From Armatimonadota bacterium (GTDB lineage Bacteria; Armatimonadota; Fervidibacteria; Fervidibacterales; Thermosaccharophagaceae), in assembly GCA_025062195.1 (NCBI GenBank), contig JANXAS010000006.1, positions 13,072 to 77,071 on the forward strand: a stretch of 64,000 nt of DNA, given 5' to 3'. Of this stretch, positions 54,213 through 62,188 are shown piece by piece; within the stretch, counting starts at the first letter, position 1; every line of letters starts with the position of its first letter. Below the pieces are notes generated by a model. The model saw only the letters and a list, made by a program, of their open reading frames with translations, made no database searches and had not been told where the DNA came from. A program made the position numbers and the translations under genes.

Positions 54213-54473
54213 AAACAATGACGATTCGTGCGGGAGAGACTTCAGCCCCGAACAGGAACACAAATTAAGGATAAGGGTTGAAGGAGCTTGAGAGGATGTT
54301 TCCGTGGCTGAAGCTAATTTTATCCATTATGCCTTATGTCGTGCAGGCACTTCGCAAGCTCAAGGGAGTGATGAGAGCACAAACTAACCGTAAGCATAGT
54401 AGGCTTCGTTGTGCTATGTGAGGCAGTGAATGTAAGTTTAGTGCTCAAACCAAAGACGAAAGGAAGGTGATGA

Positions 54474-55136
54474 ATGATGCGCAGCAATAGCGCATTGACT
54501 TCAAAGAGTCGTAGAGCAATCGGTTTCACATTAATAGAGCTGCTTGTGGTGATTGCCATAATCGCCATCCTGGCAGCGATACTATTTCCGGTGTTTGCAA
54601 GGGCGAGGGAGAAAGCAAGGACAACAAGCTGCACGAACAACCTGCGCCAACTCGGCATGGGCACAATTATGTATGCTCAAGATTATGACGAGATGTTGCC
54701 CATCGGATATAGAGGACCAACATGGTGCGCCGACTTCGCTTCATGGAAGCAGCTCATCCTGCCGTATGTGAAAAACACACAGCTTTATGTGTGCCCATCA
54801 ACTGGCGAAAGGTATCCATGCCCCGCTGGAAGTCAACTCCCATACACTGCAACTTACGGCGCAAATGCATACTGGAGCGAGAGTGGGATATACGCGCTTT
54901 CCAGGTTTGATCAACCCTCAAGGACATTTCTCATCGGAGAGAACGGTGACGGTGATTGGGTTGTGGAGCCACCACAAGGTCAATGCACAGGTGCTGTTTG
55001 GCCGCAACCTGGCTGGATAGCTTTTCCGCACATTGATGGAAGCGTATGGGCATATGTGGATGGGCATGCAAAGTGGCTTCCTAAGGAGAGGGCTTTTGAG
55101 AACGACTGTTATGAGTGGCGCGTGACCAAGCCGTAG
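54474..55136 (+). CDS. Prepilin-type N-terminal cleavage/methylation domain protein with H-X9-DG motif (DUF1559-like)
   Basis: [33 protein letters not shown] is a type IV pilin-like leader and helix. The C-terminal [12 protein letters not shown] is H-X9-DG. Confidence 0.85.
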   Translation: MMRSNSALTSKSRRAIGFTLIELLVVIAIIAILAAILFPVFARAREKARTTSCTNNLRQLGMGTIMYAQDYDEMLPIGYRGPTWCADFASWKQLILPYVKNTQLYVCPSTGERYPCPAGSQLPYTATYGANAYWSESGIYALSRFDQPSRTFLIGENGDGDWVVEPPQGQCTGAVWPQPGWIAFPHIDGSVWAYVDGHAKWLPKERAFENDCYEWRVTKP

Positions 55137-55222
55137 TGTTTACACAATTGAATTAATGCGGCATTATTAGTAGCGGTATACTGGTGCACAGGTGGAGAAT
55201 ATTTTTGACGGAAGAAAGAGAG

Positions 55223-55261
55223 AGCGCATGCGTTTATAGAGGCGCATGCGCTTTTGTGTTT
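55223..55261 (+). terminator. Rho-independent terminator
   Basis: Perfect 10-bp stem AGCGCATGCG (55223..55232) / CGCATGCGCT (55243..55252) with a 10-nt loop, followed by TTTGTGTTT. It lies 87 nt after the prepilin-like gene stop. Confidence 0.65.
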
Positions 55262-55357
55262 GCGGTGGGCACTTAACCTTATGCCGAGTAGCGCGGCATC
55301 ATGTTAAATGATGACCCATCTGAATCCTCAGACGCCGTCGTGCGCAAATTGAAGAGT

Positions 55358-55594
55358 GTGAGTTACGCGGTTGAACATAGAAGCAGCTGTTAAGCTGCCA
55401 GCATCATTCGCTTTTGAATAACACACCGTAAACGACATATCATTCATAAGTGGCTTTAGCCACGAAAACTTATTGGGTGATAAAAGCTCTAACTTGCGGA
55501 TTTACAATTTGCGCCGTTTGCACTATTTGTTTTTGTGGTGGCTTATTGTGGGCTACTGTCAGCACTTACAAGATAATGCAGCTGCGTAACTCCC
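55358..55594 (-). repeat. Copy E (long, ~237 nt variant) of the structured repeat family
   Basis: The 3' part on the minus strand, AATGATGCTGGCAGCTTAACAGCTGCTTCTATGTTCAACCGCGTAACTCAC, matches copies B and D1. A GTGGC-TAAA-GCCAC hairpin replaces hairpin 1. A matching 5' arm GGGAGTTACGCAGCTG lies at 55579..55594. The extent of the element is an inference. Confidence 0.5.
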
Positions 55595-55671
55595 GGAGTT
55601 AGCTAAAGTTGCAGCTCCGAAAGCTACTTGGCAGGTGGGCAAGGTGTTATCCGAGGGGGTGTAGTGAGGTT

Positions 55672-56055
55672 GTGAAAGGAACTATACACGAACTCACAAT
55701 CCAAACCGATCACAAAGAGCAACTGGTGGACATAACTGATGCACTACAAAAACTCATAACTGATGCTGGGTTGGAAGAAGGATTCGTGTGCATCTATGTG
55801 CCTCACACAACTGCGGCTGTGAGCATCCACCGAGATATCTCAGGGGAACACACACCAAAGCTTAACGAGCTGTTACGGCAATTCAATCACATAGTTAGCA
55901 ACTCGCCCGAGTATACCAAAGCTGCTTTGGTCGCACCAACTGAAGTTATTCTTGTTAAGGACGGGAAGTTGCTAATGGGTGATGACCAACGCATCATATT
56001 CTACGAGTTTGACGGGCCAAGGGAAAGGAGAATATATGTCTACTTTTCCCCATAA
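55672..56055 (+). CDS. yjbQ: YjbQ/UPF0047-family protein (secondary thiamine-phosphate synthase-like)
   Basis: ...ITDALQKLITDAGLEEGFVCIYVPHTTAAVSI... is typical of UPF0047. The start is moved to the in-frame GTG at 55672 (GTGAGGT just upstream), giving the usual ~127 aa. The track start is 55609. Confidence 0.8.
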   Translation: MKGTIHELTIQTDHKEQLVDITDALQKLITDAGLEEGFVCIYVPHTTAAVSIHRDISGEHTPKLNELLRQFNHIVSNSPEYTKAALVAPTEVILVKDGKLLMGDDQRIIFYEFDGPRERRIYVYFSP

Positions 56056-56240
56056 ACTTGGCAATATTTTGGCATTGCGAGCCAACTTAGACGAACATAT
56101 GTATGCAGCATAATGTATAAAGAGCATTTTGATCATGAAAGCATGCTATAAGCTTTAGCCATAGCCTTTTATGATTCTTATTATGAACGCCACCTTCAAA
56201 GGACGGAAGAGGCTTGTTGATGCTCTTTACCGTAAAGCTG

Positions 56241-56359
56241 TAGAAGTTACACAGATGACGTTACTTAGTGAGGGTTAACGACAGCCCGCCAAGCACTATT
56301 AAAAGCAAATGATGTGGGCAGCTTGACAGCTATCCCTATACTCATGTGCGTAACTTTTA
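56241..56359 (+). repeat. Copy D1 of the structured repeat family (first of a tandem pair)
   Basis: Arms AGAAGTTACACAGATG / CATGTGCGTAACTTTT; centre ...CAAATGATGTGGGCAGCTTGACAGCTATCCC.... Confidence 0.65.
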
Positions 56360-56364
56360 TGTTA

Positions 56365-56487
56365 AAGGACCTGCGCAGTTGGCGTTGTTTCATGGGGGCA
56401 GATGACGGTCTGCTCGAAAAATCATCGCAAAAAGTTGCTGGTTCGGGCAGATTTCATCCGCTCCCACATTCAACCGCGTAACTCCTA
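56365..56487 (+). repeat. Copy D2 of the structured repeat family (second of a tandem pair)
   Basis: Arms AGGACCTGCGCAGTTG / CAACCGCGTAACTCCT pair at 13/16 positions. Hairpin 1 is GGCAGA-TGACGG-TCTGCT, whose stem differs from copy B by compensatory changes. Confidence 0.7.
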
Positions 56488-57180
56488 TGTTATTGGCGGA
56501 TAATTTTCCTGGGACATGATACAGGCTAAAGCCAGCAGTCATTGACGAAATTTTCTGGGTGCAACCTTTAGAGGGCGAAAATCTCTCACAGGATGAGTTT
56601 AAGCTTGCCGATTTTAGGACACATTTCCCGATGAGTGAAATCTTTCGGCAAGGCAGCAATTATGCCTTACAATTTGTTGCGGCAGTAACCTTGCCCTCCC
56701 ACGCTGCTACGAATTCGGTGATCATTCGTTTTCGCCATTAACGGCTGGCTAAAGCCAGGGGGATGGATCACCATGAAGCAATAGATTTTTGGGCGAAGAG
56801 TTCTATTACGAGAATCGCTCTTTACTACGAACTTTGTTGTTTGAGTTTGTAGTTAGCCACGAAGCGAAAGCGGGGTGGCGAAAAAATTAGTGCGTAGTGC
56901 GATGTAGAGAGTGCAGCCCTGTTTTGCGCTTTGCACTCCGCATTAGCACTTTGTATTTTGTCCGCACTTCTCACTCAGTTACGGCACTCCGCTTAGCTCC
57001 GTGCCTAACTGCGAACCAACAGACTTTAAAGTAAGGAGCGCCGAGAATTTTTTAAAAACGGCATTAATTGTGGCATCTTTGCGGGCAAGCGGTGAGATAA
57101 AAGCCATGTTGTTCGTCAAAAGTTGGCACATTTGTGGAAGTGCTGCAGAAAAATAAGAGTTGGTGGGGGGTGTAAAATTA

Positions 57181-58743
57181 ATGCAAGGGAGGGAGCAAGC
57201 ATCCCTGGAAGAAATTTGGGAAAAATCTCTGAAATTGTTGCAAGAGCGTGTCAGTGGTGCCGCATACAAAAGTTGGATGCGCTCAATGCGCCCAACACGA
57301 TTGCAAGATAGTATATTGATAATCACAGTTCCAAATCAGTTTACTAAAGATTTGCTCGAATCAAGATATAAAGATTCAATAGAAAAGGCAATCAGCGAGG
57401 TGATTGGAAGACCTGTCAGCATTCAATTTTGCCTCGGCATAACGCAACTTGAACTGCCCTTGAACTTTTCTGGGGAAGATTTTGGGAAAAAAACGGAAAA
57501 GCTTCAACGGGAGGGAATGGAAATGGAGGAAAAAAACCAACAACATGAGAAAACTAATGATAAAACTCCGCAAGATTTTGAGGCTGTAGTTGGCAGATCT
57601 TCAGGAAAGGAATTGAGGGAACATGTTTTATCAATCTCAACTCACTATCACTCAAATGGTTCATTTGATGATATACCAACAGATTTCAGTTCAATACCAT
57701 TAAATCCAAAGTATACATTTGAACGATTTGTTGTAGGAAGAAGCAATTCGCTAAGTCATGCTGCTGCGTGGAGTGTGGCTCATCACCCTGCGGAAAAGTA
57801 TAACCCGTTGTTCATCTACGGGGGTGTTGGTCTGGGCAAAACACATTTAATGCACGCTATTGGGCACAAAGTTAGGGAAATATATCCGAACCTTCGTGTA
57901 GCGTATGTCTCTGGCGAGACATTTCTCTTCCATGTGGTAACTGCTATAAGGGAGGATAAAACGGCAGAATTCAGGCGAACATACAGAGGCGTTGATGTAT
58001 GGCTCGTTGATGATATTCAGTTTATTGCCTCCGCTGAAAGGACAGAGGTTGAATTCTTTCACATATTTAACGAACTTTATGACACAAATAGGCAGATTGT
58101 CATTTGCAGTGATCGCCCGCCTAAGGAATTAAACCTCGGTGAAGCAAGACTGCGTTCAAGATTTGAATGGGGATTGATAACCGAAATCACCCCGCCAGAC
58201 CTTGAACACAGAATTGCAATTTTGCAAAGAAAAGCCCGGGAGGAAAATGTCAATCTTCCCGAGGATGTTGCGTTATTTATGGCACAATCAATACAAACTA
58301 ACATTAGAGTCCTTGAGGGAGCGTTAACGAGGGTGATAGCATATGCATCGTTGATTGGAAAGCCAATCACACTTGAAATAGCAAGGGAGGGATTGAGGGA
58401 TTATTGTGATTTAAGGCAATACAACATAGAACTAAGGCACATACTCAAAGTTGTGGCAGAACACTTCAACATTACAGTTGAAGATCTGCGCAGCGCGAAG
58501 CGAAATAGAAGCCTTGTTCAACCGAGGCATATCGCCATGTATTTAGCCAGGGAAATGACCACAGAGTCGCTATCAGACATAGGCAGAGCTTTTGGAAAAG
58601 ACCACACATCGGTTATATATGCTTATGAAAAAATTCGGGAAGAAATTCACACTAATCAGGCTGCTGCAAGGCTTATTGATGAATTAAAAGCAAGGGTGGA
58701 GCATACAGCACAGGCTGAATCACTTCAGCAACAGAAGCTGTGA
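57181..58743 (+). CDS. dnaA: Chromosomal replication initiator DnaA
   Basis: N-terminal domain I (IWEKSLKLLQERVSGAAYKSWM), AAA+ Walker A GGVGLGKTHL, Walker B WLVDDIQF, and domain IV (...HIAMYLAREMTTESLSDIGRAFGKDHTSVIYAYEKI). The start is trimmed to the ATG at 57181. Confidence 0.95.
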   Translation: MQGREQASLEEIWEKSLKLLQERVSGAAYKSWMRSMRPTRLQDSILIITVPNQFTKDLLESRYKDSIEKAISEVIGRPVSIQFCLGITQLELPLNFSGEDFGKKTEKLQREGMEMEEKNQQHEKTNDKTPQDFEAVVGRSSGKELREHVLSISTHYHSNGSFDDIPTDFSSIPLNPKYTFERFVVGRSNSLSHAAAWSVAHHPAEKYNPLFIYGGVGLGKTHLMHAIGHKVREIYPNLRVAYVSGETFLFHVVTAIREDKTAEFRRTYRGVDVWLVDDIQFIASAERTEVEFFHIFNELYDTNRQIVICSDRPPKELNLGEARLRSRFEWGLITEITPPDLEHRIAILQRKAREENVNLPEDVALFMAQSIQTNIRVLEGALTRVIAYASLIGKPITLEIAREGLRDYCDLRQYNIELRHILKVVAEHFNITVEDLRSAKRNRSLVQPRHIAMYLAREMTTESLSDIGRAFGKDHTSVIYAYEKIREEIHTNQAAARLIDELKARVEHTAQAESLQQQKL

Positions 58744-58749
58744 AAAACT

Positions 58750-59135
58750 TGTGGAAAAGATGTGAATAAATTGTGGAAAAGGTGTTAAAAAACTGTGAGG
58801 AGGATGTGAAAATTGGTTAAAAAATACCGCTATTTTTAATCAAGCTGTGGAAAAGTTGTGGAATTTCCACAGTTGACAAGTTCAGATTTTGTGAATTAGT
58901 TTGTGAAAAAAATGTGGATAACTTGTGAAATGGGTGTGGAATACTCATTGGCACAACTTATTACGGAAAGTTATTCACAGGCTGTGGAAAACTGATCAAA
59001 GTTTTCCACAGGTGGTTGTGGAAAACTCGAGGGAATTTCTCCGGCAAAACTCGGGAAAAAACACAGAAACCAAATTTTTTTCACAATTTTCACACTGCTA
59101 ATAATAACAACAATAAGACGGAGTAATAATTAAAG
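58750..59135. other. oriC candidate: DnaA-box cluster plus AT-rich unwinding region
   Basis: There are six perfect TGTGGAAAA/TTTTCCACA boxes (58750, 58772, 58846, 58983, 59002 reverse, 59017) and one perfect TGTGGATAA (58913). A palindromic TGTGGAATTTCCACA lies at 58857..58871. TGTGGAATA (58935), TTATTCACA (58971) and several TGTGAAWWW half-strength sites are also present. An AT-rich tract CTAATAATAACAACAATAAGACGGAGTAATAATTAAAG follows at about 59098..59135. Confidence 0.8.
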
Positions 59136-59244
59136 CGATGCAGTTAGCGTGAGACGGATAGAATTTCACGGAGTTGTAAAATTTGAAGTTGACAGAAGTC
59201 AGGCTGTGTAATATTCAAAACGCTCAAACGGGAGGGTGAAGAAG

Positions 59245-60402
59245 ATGAAGGTCGTATGCAACAGCTCAATGCTGGTTGACGGAGTGCGTGCAGCAGCACG
59301 AGTGGTTAGTCAAAGAGCAACATTGCCAATACTGCAAAACATAAAAATTGAGGCAGTGCTGGGTGAAGAGGGCGGAAAAATGCTGATAACCGGAACTGAT
59401 ATGAACACATGCGTGAAAAAAGCTATACCGGTAGAAGAGATTGAAGTTGAAGGAGCAACAACAGTGCCAGCAAAGCTTTTCCTGGAACTTGTAGAACAAT
59501 TCAGAGAGGCAAAACGAATCTCATTAGAGTTAAGAGGCAATCTTTTATTCCTTCGGGATGAAGACTCGGAATCCGAACATTCGCTTCCCACTGTTCCAGC
59601 TGATGAGTTCCCACTTATTCCGGAGTTGGCAAAGCCTCAAGTATGTGAGATTAGTCAAAGCATGCTGCGCAAAATGATAAGACGATCAGCATTTGCTGCT
59701 GCTACTGAAGAGAGTGCCGGAGTTTGCACAGGTATACTTGTTGAGATTGAGGGTGATAAACTCACATTAGTAGCAACAGATACACATCGCATGTCCGTTG
59801 TCCGAACAAGCATTCCGACTCCTATGCAAGAGCGGGTTGAGGCAATAATTCCTGCCACAGTTATGCGAGAGATACACCGTCTGCTTAGCGATGCTGATGA
59901 ACCTGTCAAGCTTGCTATTGATGTCACGCACATGCAGATTGAAACAGGGGATATGCAATGCATAACCCTCAAGATGCAGGGTCAATTCCCAAACTATAAG
60001 CGAGTTATACCAACGCAATTTGCGCGCAGGTTAGTAATTGACACAAAAGAATTCATCACCAAAATAAAGCGAGTTGCGCTGCACGCAAACGAAGATATTC
60101 CGCAAATCGTGATGAGAATCAGCAAAGATAAATTGATTATCGTTGCCGAGGATCCAGAAGCCGGGCGAGGAAAGGGGAAGGAAGTGTTGTTACCGATTGA
60201 ATATGAGGGAGAACCGATAATCATCGCATTCAATGCCGATTTCATGGCTGAATTTCTATCAAATGTTGAAAGCCCAACAACACTCGTGGAAATGAATGAA
60301 AATCGCCAACCAGTTGTTATGCGACCAACCTTGGCAAGTGAAGGTGAAGAGTGGATTTACATTGCTATGCCAATGCAACCGCCTGAAGAAACAGAATTTT
60401 GA
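59245..60402 (+). CDS. dnaN: DNA polymerase III beta sliding clamp
   Basis: ~385 aa with three-domain length and periodicity. The N-terminus MKVVCNSSMLVDGVRAAARVVSQRATLPILQNIKIEA is typical. It lies between dnaA and recF. The ATG at 59245 sits 8 nt after GGAGGG; the track uses the GTG at 59236. Confidence 0.95.
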   Translation: MKVVCNSSMLVDGVRAAARVVSQRATLPILQNIKIEAVLGEEGGKMLITGTDMNTCVKKAIPVEEIEVEGATTVPAKLFLELVEQFREAKRISLELRGNLLFLRDEDSESEHSLPTVPADEFPLIPELAKPQVCEISQSMLRKMIRRSAFAAATEESAGVCTGILVEIEGDKLTLVATDTHRMSVVRTSIPTPMQERVEAIIPATVMREIHRLLSDADEPVKLAIDVTHMQIETGDMQCITLKMQGQFPNYKRVIPTQFARRLVIDTKEFITKIKRVALHANEDIPQIVMRISKDKLIIVAEDPEAGRGKGKEVLLPIEYEGEPIIIAFNADFMAEFLSNVESPTTLVEMNENRQPVVMRPTLASEGEEWIYIAMPMQPPEETEF

Positions 60403-60428
60403 AACCTCATAGACAGGAGTGGCAAGAT

Positions 60429-61571
60429 TTGCATATCTGCCGAATAATGGCGAGAAATTTCCGAATTTACTCAGTGATTGATATTGCTTTACCAACAGGT
60501 ATTATTGCAGTTGTAGGTGATAACGCACAAGGGAAAACCACATTTGTAGAGGCTATTGCATTTGCATTGACTGGAGAATCGCCAAGAACACACGATGACA
60601 GAGAAGTATTACAAAAAGGGGCAAAATATGCGGTAGTGAAAGTGCTTGTCAGGCTTGAAAAGGGCGAAGAACACTGGCTCGAGATCGCCATTGCGGACGG
60701 AAGGAAAAGGTGGATTATTGACGGGAAAGCGAGGCGAAAATGGGAGGAAGGATGGGCTCCATTCCATGTAGTTTACTTCATGCCACATGAGATTCAAATA
60801 GTAAGCGGAGAACCCCGTGGAAGACGAGAGTTGCTTGATAAAACGCTCTCCCATTGGAACCATAGTTATCACTTTAACTTACTGAACTACCGCCGTGCAA
60901 TATCTCATAGGAATGCTTTACTTGAGAGAATAAATCAGGAAGGCAATCTGACGAAGGAGTCAAGAGCCGAGATTGATAACTGGAACATGCAGGTTGCAAA
61001 ATATGGCGCCAGATTGATTGGAATGAGGCTTGAATTTATCCAGCGATGGCATCCACTTGTTTGGGAATTCTTCTCGGAACTCGGCGGGGTGGGTAGAGTA
61101 GAATTGCGCTATGTTTCGTCACTTGGAGAGGACGCATTAAAACTCTACAGCAGTGGGAAAATAGAGGCATTATTGGAACGATATATTGAGTTGCTTGAAG
61201 AGGCATTACTGCGAGACATAGAAACAACAGCCACAAGCGTCGGACCTCACAGAGATGATTTGCAAATTTTGATTGATAACATGGATGTGCGAGATTACGG
61301 CTCATCTGGTCAGCAAAAACTCACGTTACTGGCTATGAAACTTTCGCTTGGCAAGCTGCATGAGCTGGAGAGAAAAATGTCATCAATAATTCTACTTGAT
61401 GATGCATTATCTCAGCTTGACAACAAGCGCCGGAGAAAATTGTTTGAAGTCATCCAAAGGTATGAGCAATGCATAATTACAATGACAAGTTTTGAGGATA
61501 TACCTCAACCTTTTAGGGATATTTGCGCTCTCTTCCAAATAGAGAGGGGTAAGGTGACAAGAATCAAATGA
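60429..61571 (+). CDS. recF: DNA replication and repair protein RecF
   Basis: NFRIY near the N-terminus, Walker A GDNAQGKTTFVEAI, signature GSSGQQKLTLLAMKL and Walker B IILLDDALSQLD. I prefer the TTG at 60429 (AGGAG 10 nt upstream); the track start is 60399. Confidence 0.9.
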   Translation: MHICRIMARNFRIYSVIDIALPTGIIAVVGDNAQGKTTFVEAIAFALTGESPRTHDDREVLQKGAKYAVVKVLVRLEKGEEHWLEIAIADGRKRWIIDGKARRKWEEGWAPFHVVYFMPHEIQIVSGEPRGRRELLDKTLSHWNHSYHFNLLNYRRAISHRNALLERINQEGNLTKESRAEIDNWNMQVAKYGARLIGMRLEFIQRWHPLVWEFFSELGGVGRVELRYVSSLGEDALKLYSSGKIEALLERYIELLEEALLRDIETTATSVGPHRDDLQILIDNMDVRDYGSSGQQKLTLLAMKLSLGKLHELERKMSSIILLDDALSQLDNKRRRKLFEVIQRYEQCIITMTSFEDIPQPFRDICALFQIERGKVTRIK

Positions 61572-62188
61572 AAGATAGATTGATATCAATAAGCGAAGTC
61601 ATAGAAGATTGGGTTAAAAGATCAAAGAAACTTAAAGGAAATGTGAATTCCGCTTCCCAGGGGAGGGACTTTGAGGAATCGAGGCAGCAACAACTCGTTT
61701 TTTCCTGTTGGGAAGAGGCGGTTGGAAAGAAGGTAGCAAGTGTTGTCACACCTTATAAGTTTGAGCGTGGAATTCTCTATGTTTGCACAGAATCATCATC
61801 ATGGGCGCAGGAAATATCCTTCATGAAAATGGAAATAATCCGAAAGATAAATGAAAAACTTGGTGGAAACTTTGTTGCTGACATATATTGTCGTATTGGA
61901 ATGCCTGGCGGTATTGCAAAGCAAAGGCGAGGTGAGAGAGAATCTAAAACGCTAATTGCAACGCAACTTGCCAAAATAAAGCTGCCAAAGGAAATTGAGC
62001 AACGCGTGAATGAAATGGTTTCGGCAATACAGAATGATGAATTAAGGGATCTGATGAGGCGTGTTTTTACGCTTCACATGAAACTCAAGTTATGGCGCCA
62101 AAGGCACGGATTAAAGCGATGTGAGAATTGTGGGGAGGTCTATAAAGCTGATGAGAAAGCCTGCCCAATTTGCTCAATAAAGGAATGA
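61568..62188 (+). CDS. DUF721 (DciA/RemB-family) protein with C-terminal zinc-ribbon extension
   Basis: WEEAVGKKVASVVTPYKFERGILYVCTESSSWAQEISFMKMEIIRKINEKLG fits DUF721. The C-terminus has CENCGEVYKADEKACPIC. It overlaps recF by 4 nt. Confidence 0.7.
   Translation: MKDRLISISEVIEDWVKRSKKLKGNVNSASQGRDFEESRQQQLVFSCWEEAVGKKVASVVTPYKFERGILYVCTESSSWAQEISFMKMEIIRKINEKLGGNFVADIYCRIGMPGGIAKQRRGERESKTLIATQLAKIKLPKEIEQRVNEMVSAIQNDELRDLMRRVFTLHMKLKLWRQRHGLKRCENCGEVYKADEKACPICSIKE

Noticed and set aside
56094-56105. LexA/Cheo-box-like GAACATATGTAT
   Set aside because: It has two mismatches to GAAC-N4-GTTC in the second half-site. It is not upstream of a DNA-damage gene, and I found no comparable site upstream of recA (13253..13447).
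56559-56741. 60-aa plus-strand ORF whose C-terminus (NSVIIRFRH) faintly recalls RelE/ParE toxins
   Set aside because: The resemblance is limited to a few residues. There is no partner antitoxin ORF. It has a GTG start without a ribosome-binding site, and it lies within the hairpin/spacer repeat region.
57060-57160. A second DnaA-box cluster upstream of dnaA (bipartite origin)
   Set aside because: Only isolated weak matches occur there (TGTGGCATC near 57069, TGTGGAAGT at 57133). The dnaA-dnaN spacer has more than ten strong boxes.
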